The translations under genes were made by a program, and so were the position numbers. Shown here one piece after another: positions 11,835-24,103 of a stretch of DNA of 64,000 nt. The stretch covers positions 1,984,001-2,048,000 of the forward strand of contig CM007991.1 in the NCBI GenBank assembly GCA_002189035.1, given 5' to 3'. The stretch comes from Utricularia gibba. Taxonomy: Eukaryota > Plantae > Magnoliophyta. The notes under the pieces are model-generated. The model saw only the letters and a program-made list of their open reading frames with translations. It did not search any database and was not told the origin of the DNA. The first letter of the stretch is position 1. Every line of letters begins with the position of its first letter.

Positions 11835-12603
11835 ATGCTTCGGAGAGTTTGTTTGGGATTGGGGCAGAAATGTAGGGATCTTCATACGGTATCTCATGAT
11901 GCCCCAACCGACACCTTGAGGAGAAAAATCTACGAGTTCGAGAAAAAAAGGAAAAAAAGAAGTCAGAAAAATAAACTATATGTTGACGTTCCTGAATCAA
12001 AGGCCTACCTTGATACAGCTAGCATGCCAATGATACTGGTTGCTGTTGGCACATGCATTTTTGCCAAGATCCTGATGATGGTAAGCTTAACATGCCTTCT
12101 TCCACCAGTAAATCGTACTGTTAGTTGATAGCTCATATCGCCCGATACATTAACTTGACTTCTGCAACACTGTGCATCTCTCAAGTTTCTCCGTTTGTAG
12201 ATTGATGAGTCAAAAGAACAGGAGAGACTTGAAAGAAAGATGAAGAAAGCCCCTCCTGAACAGGGAACCGTTAGGATGCTCACTCGAGAAGAGTGGGACA
12301 ACATACAAGAAGTGAGGCCGAGGACTCCTTTCGAGTCGAATATGGCTCGTCCGAGTGCAAGACTGAGGAATGGGGAACCCCTGCGATTGGTAATTTTACA
12401 GCATTTTGCATTCCTAGCTTCTCTACATGCCTTCATTCTTATAGCATGTCGCATACTGTTTGTTGCTAGACAATGAATTTACAGTGATATGTATCTGTAT
12501 TGCCTGTTGATATGTTTAGGAAGATCTTAAGGACTGGACATTGGATGTGCTAACAGACGCCTTCACAAGAGCAGAGGAGGCAGCAAGGGGTGGATCAAGA
12601 TGA
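11835..12603 (+). CDS. uncharacterised protein of about 170 aa with a probable organellar presequence and one hydrophobic segment; exons 11835-12080, 12201-12389 and 12520-12603
   Basis: Three phase-0 exons with canonical GT-AG sites join in frame: ..YLDTASMPMILVAVGTCIFAKILMM|IDESKEQERLERK..EEWDNIQEVRPRTPFES..GEPLRL|EDLKDWTLDVLTDAFTRAEEAARGGSR*. Confidence 0.8.
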
Positions 12604-13526
12604 TACCTTCTTCACAACATTCATTACTTCTTGAAATCTGATCGGCATAAGGTGCTATCAAGTAGGCAACTTGTGCATCATCCTGTCTTTTGTGTTTCTT
12701 TCCCATCACAATGCACACACCAAAGCAACGGAAAAGCAGTCACCATCGGAATGTATCAAAATCGGATGGCCGCCAGGTCACCGGACTTTGATACACCCGA
12801 CGGTGATCGCTCCGCCGCTGCAGTAGGGAAGTAGAGCCGCGCCGTGGCCGGAATAATCTTGCGGGTGCACCCCTTATAGAGAAGCCCCCGCCATCCAAAC
12901 CTCCTTCTTCGTGTACTGCAGGCAGTACACGCTCCCAAATTTCAAGGACAGTAGTAAATCATACAACAACGACTAGTCGGCTGGTTTTTCGGGTACTGAG
13001 AAGAATTAATGCTTTTAAAAATGGATTTATGTATTTTCAATTACATGCAAATGAATAATGTGATTAACTTTCAGTATTTTAAACCATGTTTAAATTATTC
13101 ATTTATTCTTAAAAATTGATTCTCTAAATATATTCCTCCAATAAAATATATTTTTTATTGCAAAATTAGTGAATCTATTAACTGCCACGGGAGTAAAAGT
13201 ATTGTTTGTACTTGTGGCTATGGCATTTGAGGTCGTACCTGGTAGTACATCAACCATGCAGTAGTAGTACATCTTCATTCAAGAAAGCAGTCTTTTGAAA
13301 TTTAAAAAACACGTGAACCATGTTTTTTTATTTGACAAAGACCGATTCATGAAGGCTGATTATCCACCCGAACCGGTGTTTAATCAGGCGACTGGTAGAG
13401 CAGATAGTTGGAGCACTGGGTTCAGCATCATGCTACAGTAAGATGTATCACCATAGACAGCATGCATGTGGAGCTCTGGCTTCAACTACTGCACCAGGCA
13501 AGGAATAAAGAAACAAGCAAGGAGTT

Positions 13527-14852
13527 TCAAGAATCCAAAGACATGATCAAGGGCTGAGAGGAGTCTTCTCTTGATGGCTTGCTGTAGTAGGAGAACAGCA
13601 TCAGTTGCAGCGTTCCTAAGATGGTTCCAATCCCGTTTGGTACCTGGAATATGTGAAAATGGAGTTTCTCAAATCGAAATAAGGATAATCCGACAGAGGT
13701 GTTGATTCGTGAGCAAGGAAACTTTACATATACAAATGGATCGTTGTTAAAGATTCCATATAGGAGGAAGGATAGACTCATCAGGAAGGTAGAGAGGGAG
13801 AGGTGAAACGGCATGAACTCCACACTTCTTGTCCGGATCACCAGATTCTGAGATAACAGGAGAAGGAAGGAGGGGTGTTCAGAAAAAGCAATGCGGATGA
13901 ATAAATCTTGCTTCAAGAAGCTATGGATGCGTCATACGATGATAAACAATGGAGAAGCAAACATGGATATGAGGGAAGCACAGCTTATGAATCCAACTAT
14001 AAGATGGCGAACTTCAAAGTCAGGCACGAGCAAGCTCCCAACAGCGATAATGGCAAATATGACTGTTACCAATAGCAGCAATCCCGCCATTTTCAACTAC
14101 AAAGGAATCCAACTAAAGATGAGGCTGAAGCTAAGAACAACCACTGCTTTTTTGTGAACAAAATGGTGGACAAAACCTTTTTAGTTGTCTCGGCATAGAT
14201 GATGAAAATGGACAGATACACAATTTGAAAAGCTGCACCGATTGAATTCACCGTGGTGACCATAAAGTTATTAGAAGATACCATAGGCAAACCATACCAT
14301 GCCGTGATCAAGCAGTTCAATAAAGTGTATATGTATGGCAGTCCAGAGAATAGCTCAGTGGACTCATTCCTCACAATTCTCCGGAATGTTGGCCTGTAAT
14401 TTTCTTGCTGAGATGAGCACTTCAATACAAAGCGAATTCCGAGATGATTAACTACTTTTGAGATCAAAGCGCTTACACTGGAGATAGGAACAGCCCAAAA
14501 GCAAAAATATTCCCTGCCATAAGAAGCAAAATAGCTTTGGAGTGATTATGAGACTTTCAAGCTCGTTCTACTGTGTCAGCCTATGCCATCACAAAGTAAA
14601 TAACATATCCAAATTTGAAATCCAGAGAAAAGCATCTTATACAAGAAAAATCCCAGTATTCGCTGCAAAGTCAATGACATCCAAAACTTTCAAACCCACA
14701 TCCAGATCAGTCAAAAGTTTCTTAAACACCTTTACAATACACCAGAAAAGCTAAAGTTCAAAGTAAGCCGAAGATGCAAGAAAGGTACCCGCAATCCCAG
14801 CTGCTTTGCAAGCTGCCTGAATAGAACCCTGATAAGCCATCAACCTTAACAT
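13527..14852 (-). CDS. SWEET2: SWEET clade I sugar transporter (SWEET2-like), 6 exons
   Basis: AAGIAG|NIFAFGLFLSPV|PTFRRIVRNESTELFSGLPYIYTLLNCLI..WYG, VTTVNSIGAAFQ, MFASPL, VIRTRSVEFMPF and PNGIGTILG; two MtN3 repeats. Confidence 0.92.
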
Positions 14853-16163
14853 CACCAAATCTCAAAGAAACCTTCGTAGTGCTCCCCTTTCCCCCCCAAA
14901 AAATCTGCTTTCCCAAAAATCCCAATTTGGATATGAAATTATCACACTTTTAATGACGATCATCAGCCATTCCGGCAACCACCACCCACAGTCAAAGCAC
15001 ACGTATCTATTCCCCGTTGGAGGACAGCCCAGCAGCAAGTCCCTATCAAATGACACCACTGTCCGTCGCGCTTTCGTATCGGCACCCTAAGATTCTTTTG
15101 CCGACAGGGAGTTCCCTACAAACTGCCACAATATGCGGTGAGTTGCAATAAACAATTGTCAGTAATTTTTTTTTATCACAATTATTAATAAATAATATTT
15201 AGAAACAAACAAATTATTACAATAAATTTATTAAATAGTTTAAAATATGGTTGAAGTGTACGGAAAAAGAATAGATTTCGAATAAAAGGAATAATTTGCA
15301 GGAAGCATAATACAAAACCGCGTGCTGCAAGGCAAGGTGATGACATTGCTCGACTTCCTCGCTTACCGGCTTTGCACCTGTATTGATCTCTGTGTCTGAA
15401 TTTTGTTCCGTTTCTTCAAGATTTCCATTGTTTTCTTCAGCGGTATACGGACAGGTTGGATTCCTCCCGCCGATTTCGTTGCTCGCTGTCGGATCCGCTC
15501 CCAAGCGCTTCAGAAATTGTAAAAGATTGTGAGTTTCTTCTTCCTTTGGTATGTGCCGTTGATGCGCAACTTTAATGATCGAAATTTGAATCAGTAGTGA
15601 TAGATCCATTCATTCGGCGTAGTTGCTAATGTTGAAAGCAGGATCCTTGAATCCCTTCGTTTTCCGGCTGTTTTGTTAGCTTCGCACCGTTTATATGAAT
15701 GAACATTAGAGCGATTTCTTTGAATGCTCTGTTGCTTCTATAATGTGAAATTCTGTGGGATCTAATTGGATCTGTCGATATTAATGATGTTGAGTTAGAT
15801 GCTTATTTGCTGGAATTTCATTTGGATGTGAGATTGGTTGATCATATTCGTCATGATAGATATGCATGTTTTCTGAAATTTTTCGACCTACGAATGTTCG
15901 TCGTTTAATTCCATGGCTATCATGCAATTTCTTTTGAAATTGTGCTTGATAGGCGATTTCAAAAGCTAATCCACAATTTTGTTTTGTGCACTCCGAAGAG
16001 CACGTCCTCTGGGTTAATTTCAGTACAAGAAATGCTTTACACTGTCAATAAAATTAAACTGGAAAGCGCTTTGGTTATTGTGTATCGCTAATGCTTTGGC
16101 TGTTGACAAATGCTGTCATTCTTGTTACCTTTACTCGGTTTCTTCTGCAGAAGGTAACACGAA

Positions 16164-18258
16164 ATGGCAACATTCAAGCCTAGGAATATCCTCATCACTG
16201 GTGCTGCTGGGTTTATAGCGTCCCATGTAGCTAACAGGCTTGTCAGAAATTACCCTGATTACAAGATTGTGGTGCTTGACAAACTTGACTACTGCTCCAA
16301 TCTTAAAAATCTTATTCCCTCAAGATCTTCACCAAACTTTAAGTTTGTCAAGGGAGATATCGCCAGTGCCGATCTTGTTAACTACCTTCTCATTGCCGAG
16401 GATATTGACACTATAATGCACTTTGCTGCGCAGACTCATGTAGATAATTCTTTTGGAAACAGCTTTGAGTTTACAAAGAATAACATTTATGGCACGCACG
16501 TGCTTTTGGAAGCATGCAAAGTTACAGGCCGTATCAGAAGGTTCATACACGTCAGCACAGATGAAGTATACGGAGAGACTGATGAGGATGCAGTTGTGGG
16601 AAACCATGAGGCCTCACAGCTCCTGCCAACCAACCCTTATTCTGCAACTAAAGCTGGAGCTGAGATGCTGGTAATGGCTTATGGAAGGTCGTATGGTTTG
16701 CCAGTCATTACAACTCGTGGAAACAATGTTTATGGTCCCAATCAGTTTCCTGAAAAGTTGATCCCCAAGTTTATCCTTTTGGCTATGAATGGGAAATCAC
16801 TTCCAATTCATGGGATGGATCAAATGTACGGAGTTATCTTTACTGTGAAGATGTTGCAGAGGCCTTTGAAGTCATCCTTCACAAGGGAGAAGTTGGTCAT
16901 GTGTACAACATTGGGACAAAGAAGGAAAGGAGAGTCACGGATGTAGCCAGAGACATTTGCAAATTATTTAACATGGACCCAGACAACAGCATCCAATATG
17001 TGGAGAACAGACCGTTCAATGATCAACGTTACTTCCTCGATGATCAGAAATTGAAAATTCTAGGTTGGTCTGAAAGGACTACATGGGAAGAGGGACTTAG
17101 GAAAACAATCGAGTGGTATACTAACAATCCAGACTGGTGGGGTGATGTCTCTGGTGCACTGCTACCTCATCCCAGAATGCTGATGATGCCTGGTGGAATT
17201 GAGCGACATTTTGATGGAGCTGACAAGTATGCATCCGGCATCCCTGAATATTCTGATCCTCCCAACTCCACCAAGATGGTGATACCAGCGACAAAGATAA
17301 CTGCATCACCACAAAAGCCTGTCTACAAGTTCTTGATATATGGCAAGACAGGGTGGATTGGCGGGCTGCTTGGAAAATTGTGTGAGAAAGAAGGAATCCC
17401 TTATGAATATGGAAAGGGCCGCCTGGAGGCACGCTCACAGCTAGTGTCTGACATTCTTGCCGTTAAACCAACACACGTGTTTAATGCTGCGGGTGTTACT
17501 GGTAGACCCAATGTTGATTGGTGTGAGAGTCACAAGACGGAGACAATTCGTACCAATGTTGCCGGTACATTAACCTTGGCCGATGTCTGCAGAGAGCACA
17601 ATCTCCTGATGATAAACTATGCCACTGGTTGCATTTTTGAGTATGATGCTGCCCACCCTGAAGGCTCCGGCGTCGGATTCAAGGAGGAAGACAAGCCAAA
17701 TTTCACAGGCTCTTTCTATTCCAAAACCAAGGCCATGGTAACACCACCTCTATTTTCTATCTACTTTAGAAAGCCCTGTGCTCACTTGGTGTGTTCCCAA
17801 CACAGGTTGAGGAGCTACTGAAAGAATACGACAACGTATGCACCCTGAGGATCCGGATGCCCATATCTTCCGACCTCAGCAATCCTCGCAACTTCATCAC
17901 TAAGATCTCAAGGTACAACAAGGTGGTAAACATCCCCAACAGCATGACGATCCTGGATGAGCTTCTTCCAATCTCAATCGAGATGGCCAAGAGAGACCTC
18001 CGTGGCATATGGAACTTCACCAATCCAGGCGCGGTCAGCCACAACGAGATCCTGGAGATGTACAAGAAGTACATCGACCCCGACTTCAAATGGACCAACT
18101 TCAGCCTGGCGGAGCAAGCCAAGGTGATCGTTGCTCCAAGAAGCAACAATGAGATGGATGCTACAAAGCTGAAGAAGGAGTTCCCCCAGCTGCTGCCCAT
18201 CAAGGAGTCGCTGATCAAGTACGTCTTCGAACCCAACCAGAAGGCTCCTCCTCAGTAA
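16164..18258 (+). CDS. RHM: trifunctional UDP-L-rhamnose synthase (UDP-glucose 4,6-dehydratase/3,5-epimerase/4-reductase); intron 17738-17805
   Basis: ITGAAGFIAS, YSATKAGAE, LIYGKTGWIGG and FYSKTKAM|VEELL. One missing G at 16812-16814 (CAT GGG GAT = HGD) splits the ORF-track entries. Confidence 0.95.
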
Positions 18259-18584
18259 GCTTGTGTCATCTTCCCTGTCCTGGGCTGTATTTCCATTCGG
18301 CACCTTGATTCTTTTAGCTGGATCCCTTTTTCGAAACCTCCTGTAATTCAATGTGAACTCATCATTTTTGTTATTAAATAAATCATTTTTATCAATTATA
18401 TTTTATTAAAATTTATTTATAATTGAATTTACTGCCTCCTAGATGTATTGTTAGAAGGGTATTTTTGTAAATAGTGGAATTCATCTTATACAACTTCTGT
18501 GAGCAATGGTGTTGCCTTATCCGCCTCTTTGTAGAGCGAGCACCCCGGGTGAGGGAGTTGAAGTAGGAACACAGCAAGCCTTCG

Positions 18585-19972
18585 ATGGCGATTCCAGTGA
18601 ACTACGTGGCTACCCCGGTGACGTTAACCGCCCCTTCGCGTCAGCCTTTCTTCTCCCCCATTAACAAGACCCCCTTCCTCGGATTGCCCATTGCTGCTCT
18701 ACCCAAACCCGCCTCTCCGATTCTTAGACCTTCGAAGATATGTTGCCAGGATAAAGAAGCCGTTCTTCCGGCTGGGCATCAGTGGATGTTCGACAACCTT
18801 GACGGACCGGTTAGGTTTTCGCCTGCATTGTGGTTTATTCGTTATTACTACTTGGCTTTCCCTAGTTCAATCTTTGGTAATGGGGGTGTCCTAGGTCTGC
18901 TTCCGGAAAATGCTAGAAATCGTGTCTATGTTAGGCTGGATTTTTTTTATGTTGTCTAGAGACTGAAGTAAAAGTTTGATGTTTTTATTTTGCTGGAGGT
19001 TGATCTGTGGTGTTTTGTATTGAGGCTAATTGCTATGGTTGATGGAGAATGGTTGTAATGCCCTAATTCTCAATGTTGGATTTATTAAAATTCATGCTTT
19101 CTTGAAAAGCATACGTTGTATGAGGTAGAAAATAATCGCTTGTAAATCCAACTTTCTGTGCCTCGCCTCAGAATTGATCAATTGCTTACTGATCTAGTTT
19201 GGTCCTTCATTCCTCAAGCTCCTTGTATCCATGCCTATCCTTCTGCTGCTTTATTTAGTGTTTTCTTGATTCCTTTCTCATGTTCATTTCTGTTGGAACC
19301 TTTGGAATCTGAGTAAGTGGTTCAAATTGTAGGATGTTTGGAACAAAACATGGTACCCAAAAGCCTCAGACCATATCAACACCAGCAAGCCATGGTATAT
19401 AGTTGATGCTACAGACAAGATACTTGGAAGATTGGCTTCGACTATCGCCATCTATATCCGGGGGAAAAATCTGGCTACTTACACTCCTAGTGTTGACATG
19501 GGAGCCTTTGTCATCGTGGTAAGATTTCAATTGTCCTGTTATATAATGTCGACCACATCATCGCTTACGTCCCATGTTGAGCAGATCAATGCTGACAAGG
19601 TTGCTGTATCTGGGAAGAAAAGAACCCAGAAGCTCTACAGGAGACACTCTGGACGGCCAGGAGGAATGACAGTGGAAACCTTTGACCAGCTCCAAAAGAG
19701 GATCCCTGAAAGGATTATTGAGCATGCGGTTCGCGGCATGCTCCCCAAAGGGCGGGTGTGTAACGTGTCTCTTCCCCTCAGTCATTTCCAAGCATATCTA
19801 CATGGCAGTGCCATCTCATATCTGCAATCCTTGCTGTTTCCGTCTGCTTTCGCAGCTTGGGAGATCGCTGTTTAACCATCTAAAGGTGTATGCCGGCCCG
19901 GACCATCCCCATGATGCCCAGAAACCCGCGGAATTGCCCATCAGAGATCGGAGAATACAGAAGCTGACTTGA
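18585..19972 (+). CDS. RPL13: plastid 50S ribosomal protein L13 (uL13c), 4 exons
   Basis: Ser/Pro-rich transit peptide, [27 protein letters not shown]|[29 protein letters not shown]|LGR and [10 protein letters not shown]. Confidence 0.95.
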
Positions 19973-20280
19973 ACCTTGCTGCGTCTCCCCCCATACTCAT
20001 TAGCTTCTTTCATTGGGGTTGTTGTATACTACTCACTATACATTGCTTCAAGTTTCAGTAATTCAGGTTTTGGGCATGTAATGTGGAGCTTTGAGGCATT
20101 TCCATTTTGGGCCTAAGCAAGGGTGAGGCCCAAGGGGCATTACCACAAAAAGTGTAGAAAGCCCAATTGATTAAAACTTCTCCCGCTCTTTTTCATGCGT
20201 GTACGGTCATTAAGGCCCTCGTTCTCGTTTTCGGAAGCCCTATGGGACAATCAGCCTGGTGAATCCACTGCTGACGTGAA

Positions 20281-23200
20281 ATGATGAGGGAGGAGCAAAT
20301 TGAGAAGCTACGGGGATGATTCGTGATTGTGTTAGCAAGCATCTGTACTCGTCGGCAATTTTCTTTGCTGACAAAGTGGCGGCGGTGACGGCCGACCCTG
20401 CCGACATATACATGCAGGCTCAGGCGCTTTACCTCGGCCGGCATTATCGCCGTGCGTTCCATTTATTGAATGCGTCGCAGATTGTCCTACGCGATACTCG
20501 TTTTCTCTATCTTGCCGCCAAATGCCTTGTAAGCGTTTTTTACTTGATTATGCTTATTTTGATAGGGTTGGTGTAATAGGAATACTTGCCTGTGTTTCGT
20601 GTTTCCAGGAAGAATTAAAGGAGTGGGATCAGTGCTTGAAAATGCTTGATGATTTTGAAGTGGATGAACATGGAAACATTACTGACACAAAGGACTACAG
20701 TTTCATGTACCCAGATAAAGATAGTGAAGAGCGTGAAATCAATGTGAGTTGATGACCAGGTGTGAGTTGATAAGTTTTCGCTTGATTATATATGCCAGTT
20801 TAAATTTCTGGTTTTTTGTTTTCTATTTGTTTAACAGATTATTTCAGCAATATGCTTTTTGAAGGGCAAGGCATATGCAGCCCGTGAAAATCGTGCACAG
20901 GCTCGTTTATGGTGCACAGAATATATATAGTTTGATTGTATTATTTTTCTTTTTCGTCCGGTAAGCTATTTTTTTAATTCGTCTTGGCTTATTTACTGTT
21001 TCTTGAAGGTATAAAGCTGCCATCAGGGCTGATCCCCTGTGTTACGAGGTGCATTATTGCTCTTCCTGCTGATTAGTTGCTGCGAATATATTAAGTCCCT
21101 GTGAATCTCCTCCAGAACTCACTTGCAACTGTTGTCCATAATCTAATCCTATCATGTGTTCTTGATATATCAGGCTTTGGAGTGCCTTATTGATGGTCAT
21201 ATGCTCACCTGCGAAGAAGGTCAGCTTTCACTTGCAAGGAACCTGTCTTTATTTGGTCATGAAGTTTATCAAATTATGCCTGATGGTTGAAATAATTATT
21301 CAATTTGTTCTAATTTTGTAGAGGCCGAACTTTTATCATCTTTGCAATTTGGGCCTGAAGAAAGATGGTTATCTTCATTTTATTCATGCTTGGTTAAAAA
21401 GGTAAGTGCAGTTATGTTAAGGGCTTCTTTATAGCATTTTTTTTTTTTCTGTTTATTAAGAGTCATCCCATTTGTGTTGATTAAGAGCATCACCATCCAG
21501 TTGTGAAATGTTACTGGCAGTATGATAAGGAAAACATTGTTGAGACCATGTTCACAGAGCTGGAGCAGGAAAAGTCTGATCCGAAGTCTGCAGGAAAATC
21601 ATTGTCCGCCCTGAAGAACAACACAGACCTCCTGGCCTGCAAAGCTGAGTATTATCATCAGTGTTGTGAATACCAGAAATGCTTTGAGCTGACGTCGATG
21701 TTAGTTGATATTCTATCTGCATATTTTCCTGATGTATATTTTTATGATGCCAGTTGAGTGATTTTGCATGCATAATTCAGATTGCTCGAGAAAGACCCCT
21801 TCCATCAAAAAACTACCATGATCCACTTGGCCGCAGCCATGGAACTCGGCCATTCCAATGAACTCTATTTGATGGCTTGCAATTTGGTCAAAGATTATCC
21901 TCAAAAGTGAGAGTGCTTTTTGGATTGTGTATGCATGACTTCACTTTACCTTAGGATTTGAAATTTAATGTGAGTTTTAGGAATGCTGTCTTTCAGAAAG
22001 AGTCCCATGATTGATGATCTTCCGTATTATAATAGTTTTGAACATTAAGCTAAATAAGCATTGATATTTTGAGTAAAAATTTCTTGCTCTCCACGCCATT
22101 GATAAGGAACTTTTTCCAAAAAAAAAAAAAACCTAGTATTTTGTTTTAGAATATTTACCAATGATTTTAATTCATGTTGAGTTTACCCAGAGCGCTTTCT
22201 TGGTTTGCGGTGGGCTGCTATTACTACTCCTGCAAGAAGTATGAGCAATCCCGTCGTTACTTCAGGTTTGAATGCTCTTTTGTTGGCAAGGAAATTTTAA
22301 CATTCATTCATGTGTGCGAACTTCGATTTTTTTTAAGAGAAATTGGATTTTATTAAGTCCCTATCTCACTTCAGCAAGGCAACGACTTTAGAAGGAACAT
22401 TTGCTCCTGCCTGGATAGGCTATGGAAATGCATATGCTGCCCAGGAGGAAGGAGATCAAGCAATGTCAGCTTACCGAACTGCTGCCCGCCTATTTCCTGG
22501 GTAAGTGGTTGCTTGATTGTTTCTGGTAAAGCATAAAAAACATGGGTACTGAGTGAAAATATTATAAAGTCTCTCGTTCTTTTCTCCTTATTTTGTCCTC
22601 TCAGTTGCCATTTGCCAGCTCTATATATTGGAATGGAGTATATGCGCACACACAGTTTCAAGCTGGCTGAGCAGGTGATTGTCCAGTTAAAATACTTGTC
22701 ATTCCGAATATAGGATGGTTTTGTCGATGTGAGTTTTTTCTTTCTTGCCAAGTCATTTTTCTACCTTTCTGAAAGGATTTTTTGCTTGCAGTTCTTTAAG
22801 CAGGCCCGGAGCATATGCCCTTCTGATCCACTCGTGTACAACGAGCTTGGAGTTGTGGCTTATCATATGAAACAGTAAGTTTCAATATGTCCCTGCCTAA
22901 GTATTGTATTGAAGACATTCGTATTTCCTCTTATTTCCATTTCTCGTTTACCATTTGTAACGATTCTGATCATCATCTACAGATACAAGGATGCTGTATG
23001 GTCGTTTGACAAGGCACTTAGTTGTGTACCATCCTCGTTAACTGAGATGTGGGAGCCAACTCTGGTCAATCTTGCCAATGCTTTGAGAAAATTGAAGTAT
23101 TGCCTCTCACCATCTCTGCCTTTCACCTCTTTTTTTTTGTTTTGGTTTTATTTCCTTGGTGTCAGTGATGAATTGCAATGTGTGTTCGCAGGAGATACAC

Positions 23201-23715
23201 TCAAGCAATCGTGTACTATGAGAAAGCACTTGCATTATCAACCAGAAACCCGAGTACATATGCAGGCCTTGCATATACATATCATCTTCAGGTCCTTTTT
23301 TCTTAATTTCGTAGTTCGATTTCTGCTTTCTGGCCCTGGCAATACTTACCCTACACCTCAGAGAAGGTTCAAATCCTCCACGCAGTAACAGATGGTTTTT
23401 TCACCCTTTCTCGTGCAGGATGACTTCACTGCAGCAATAAGTTATTATCACAAGGTACTGTCACTTTCCCTTCTTCAGTACACAGAATCCCCATATCTAA
23501 GTGGCACGTGTTTTCCAAGCTCGATCGACGGAAAGCAAGACAATTGCGAGAAGGGGTTCCTGTTTCTAACTTTTGTAGCGTGTTTGCCGTGTTGACAGGC
23601 GCTGTGGCTCAAGCCAGACGATCAGTTCTGCACGGAGATGCTGACCTTGGCTCTCACAGACGAATGCCGCCAGGTTGGTGCTGATGGTATCAGAAAGGTT
23701 AAACTATTTGGATAA
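20281..23715 (+). CDS. APC6: anaphase-promoting complex subunit 6 (CDC16), TPR protein, many exons
   Basis: MREEQIEKLRG-IRDCVSKHLYSSAIFFADKVAA, EELKEWDQCL, LLACKAEYYHQ, SWFAVGCYYY, WEPTLVNLANALRKL and ALWLKPDDQFCTEML. Needs one added G at 20312-20315. Confidence 0.93.
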
Positions 23716-24103
23716 ATTGGCATTTAGGTAATCTCATCCACCAACAAAATCCATGAGATCATACAATTAGAAAAACTGGAAGTGATTGTTGTATCATTTG
23801 ATTTTTTCTGTATCGTGTATCTGTACGTGTCAAAAGGATTGCAGCTTCTGAAACTTTAACACCATTTGGAGGCAATTTATGTATAATGGAAACATTTGGG
23901 GCAGATATGCGCATGTTCCTGCGATTTTGTGGGGCAAAATTTGGTAGACGATCAAACTTTAGGTGGGCAATTGCAATTTAGTCTTAATTTCAGGACCCAA
24001 GAGTCAGCCACAATCTTCTTCATGTCGGGTATGCACGGCTCCCCGGGGTCGCAATCGCGGCGAATATGCCTGCTACAGTAACTGCGTTCCTGCCGGAGTG
24101 GGA

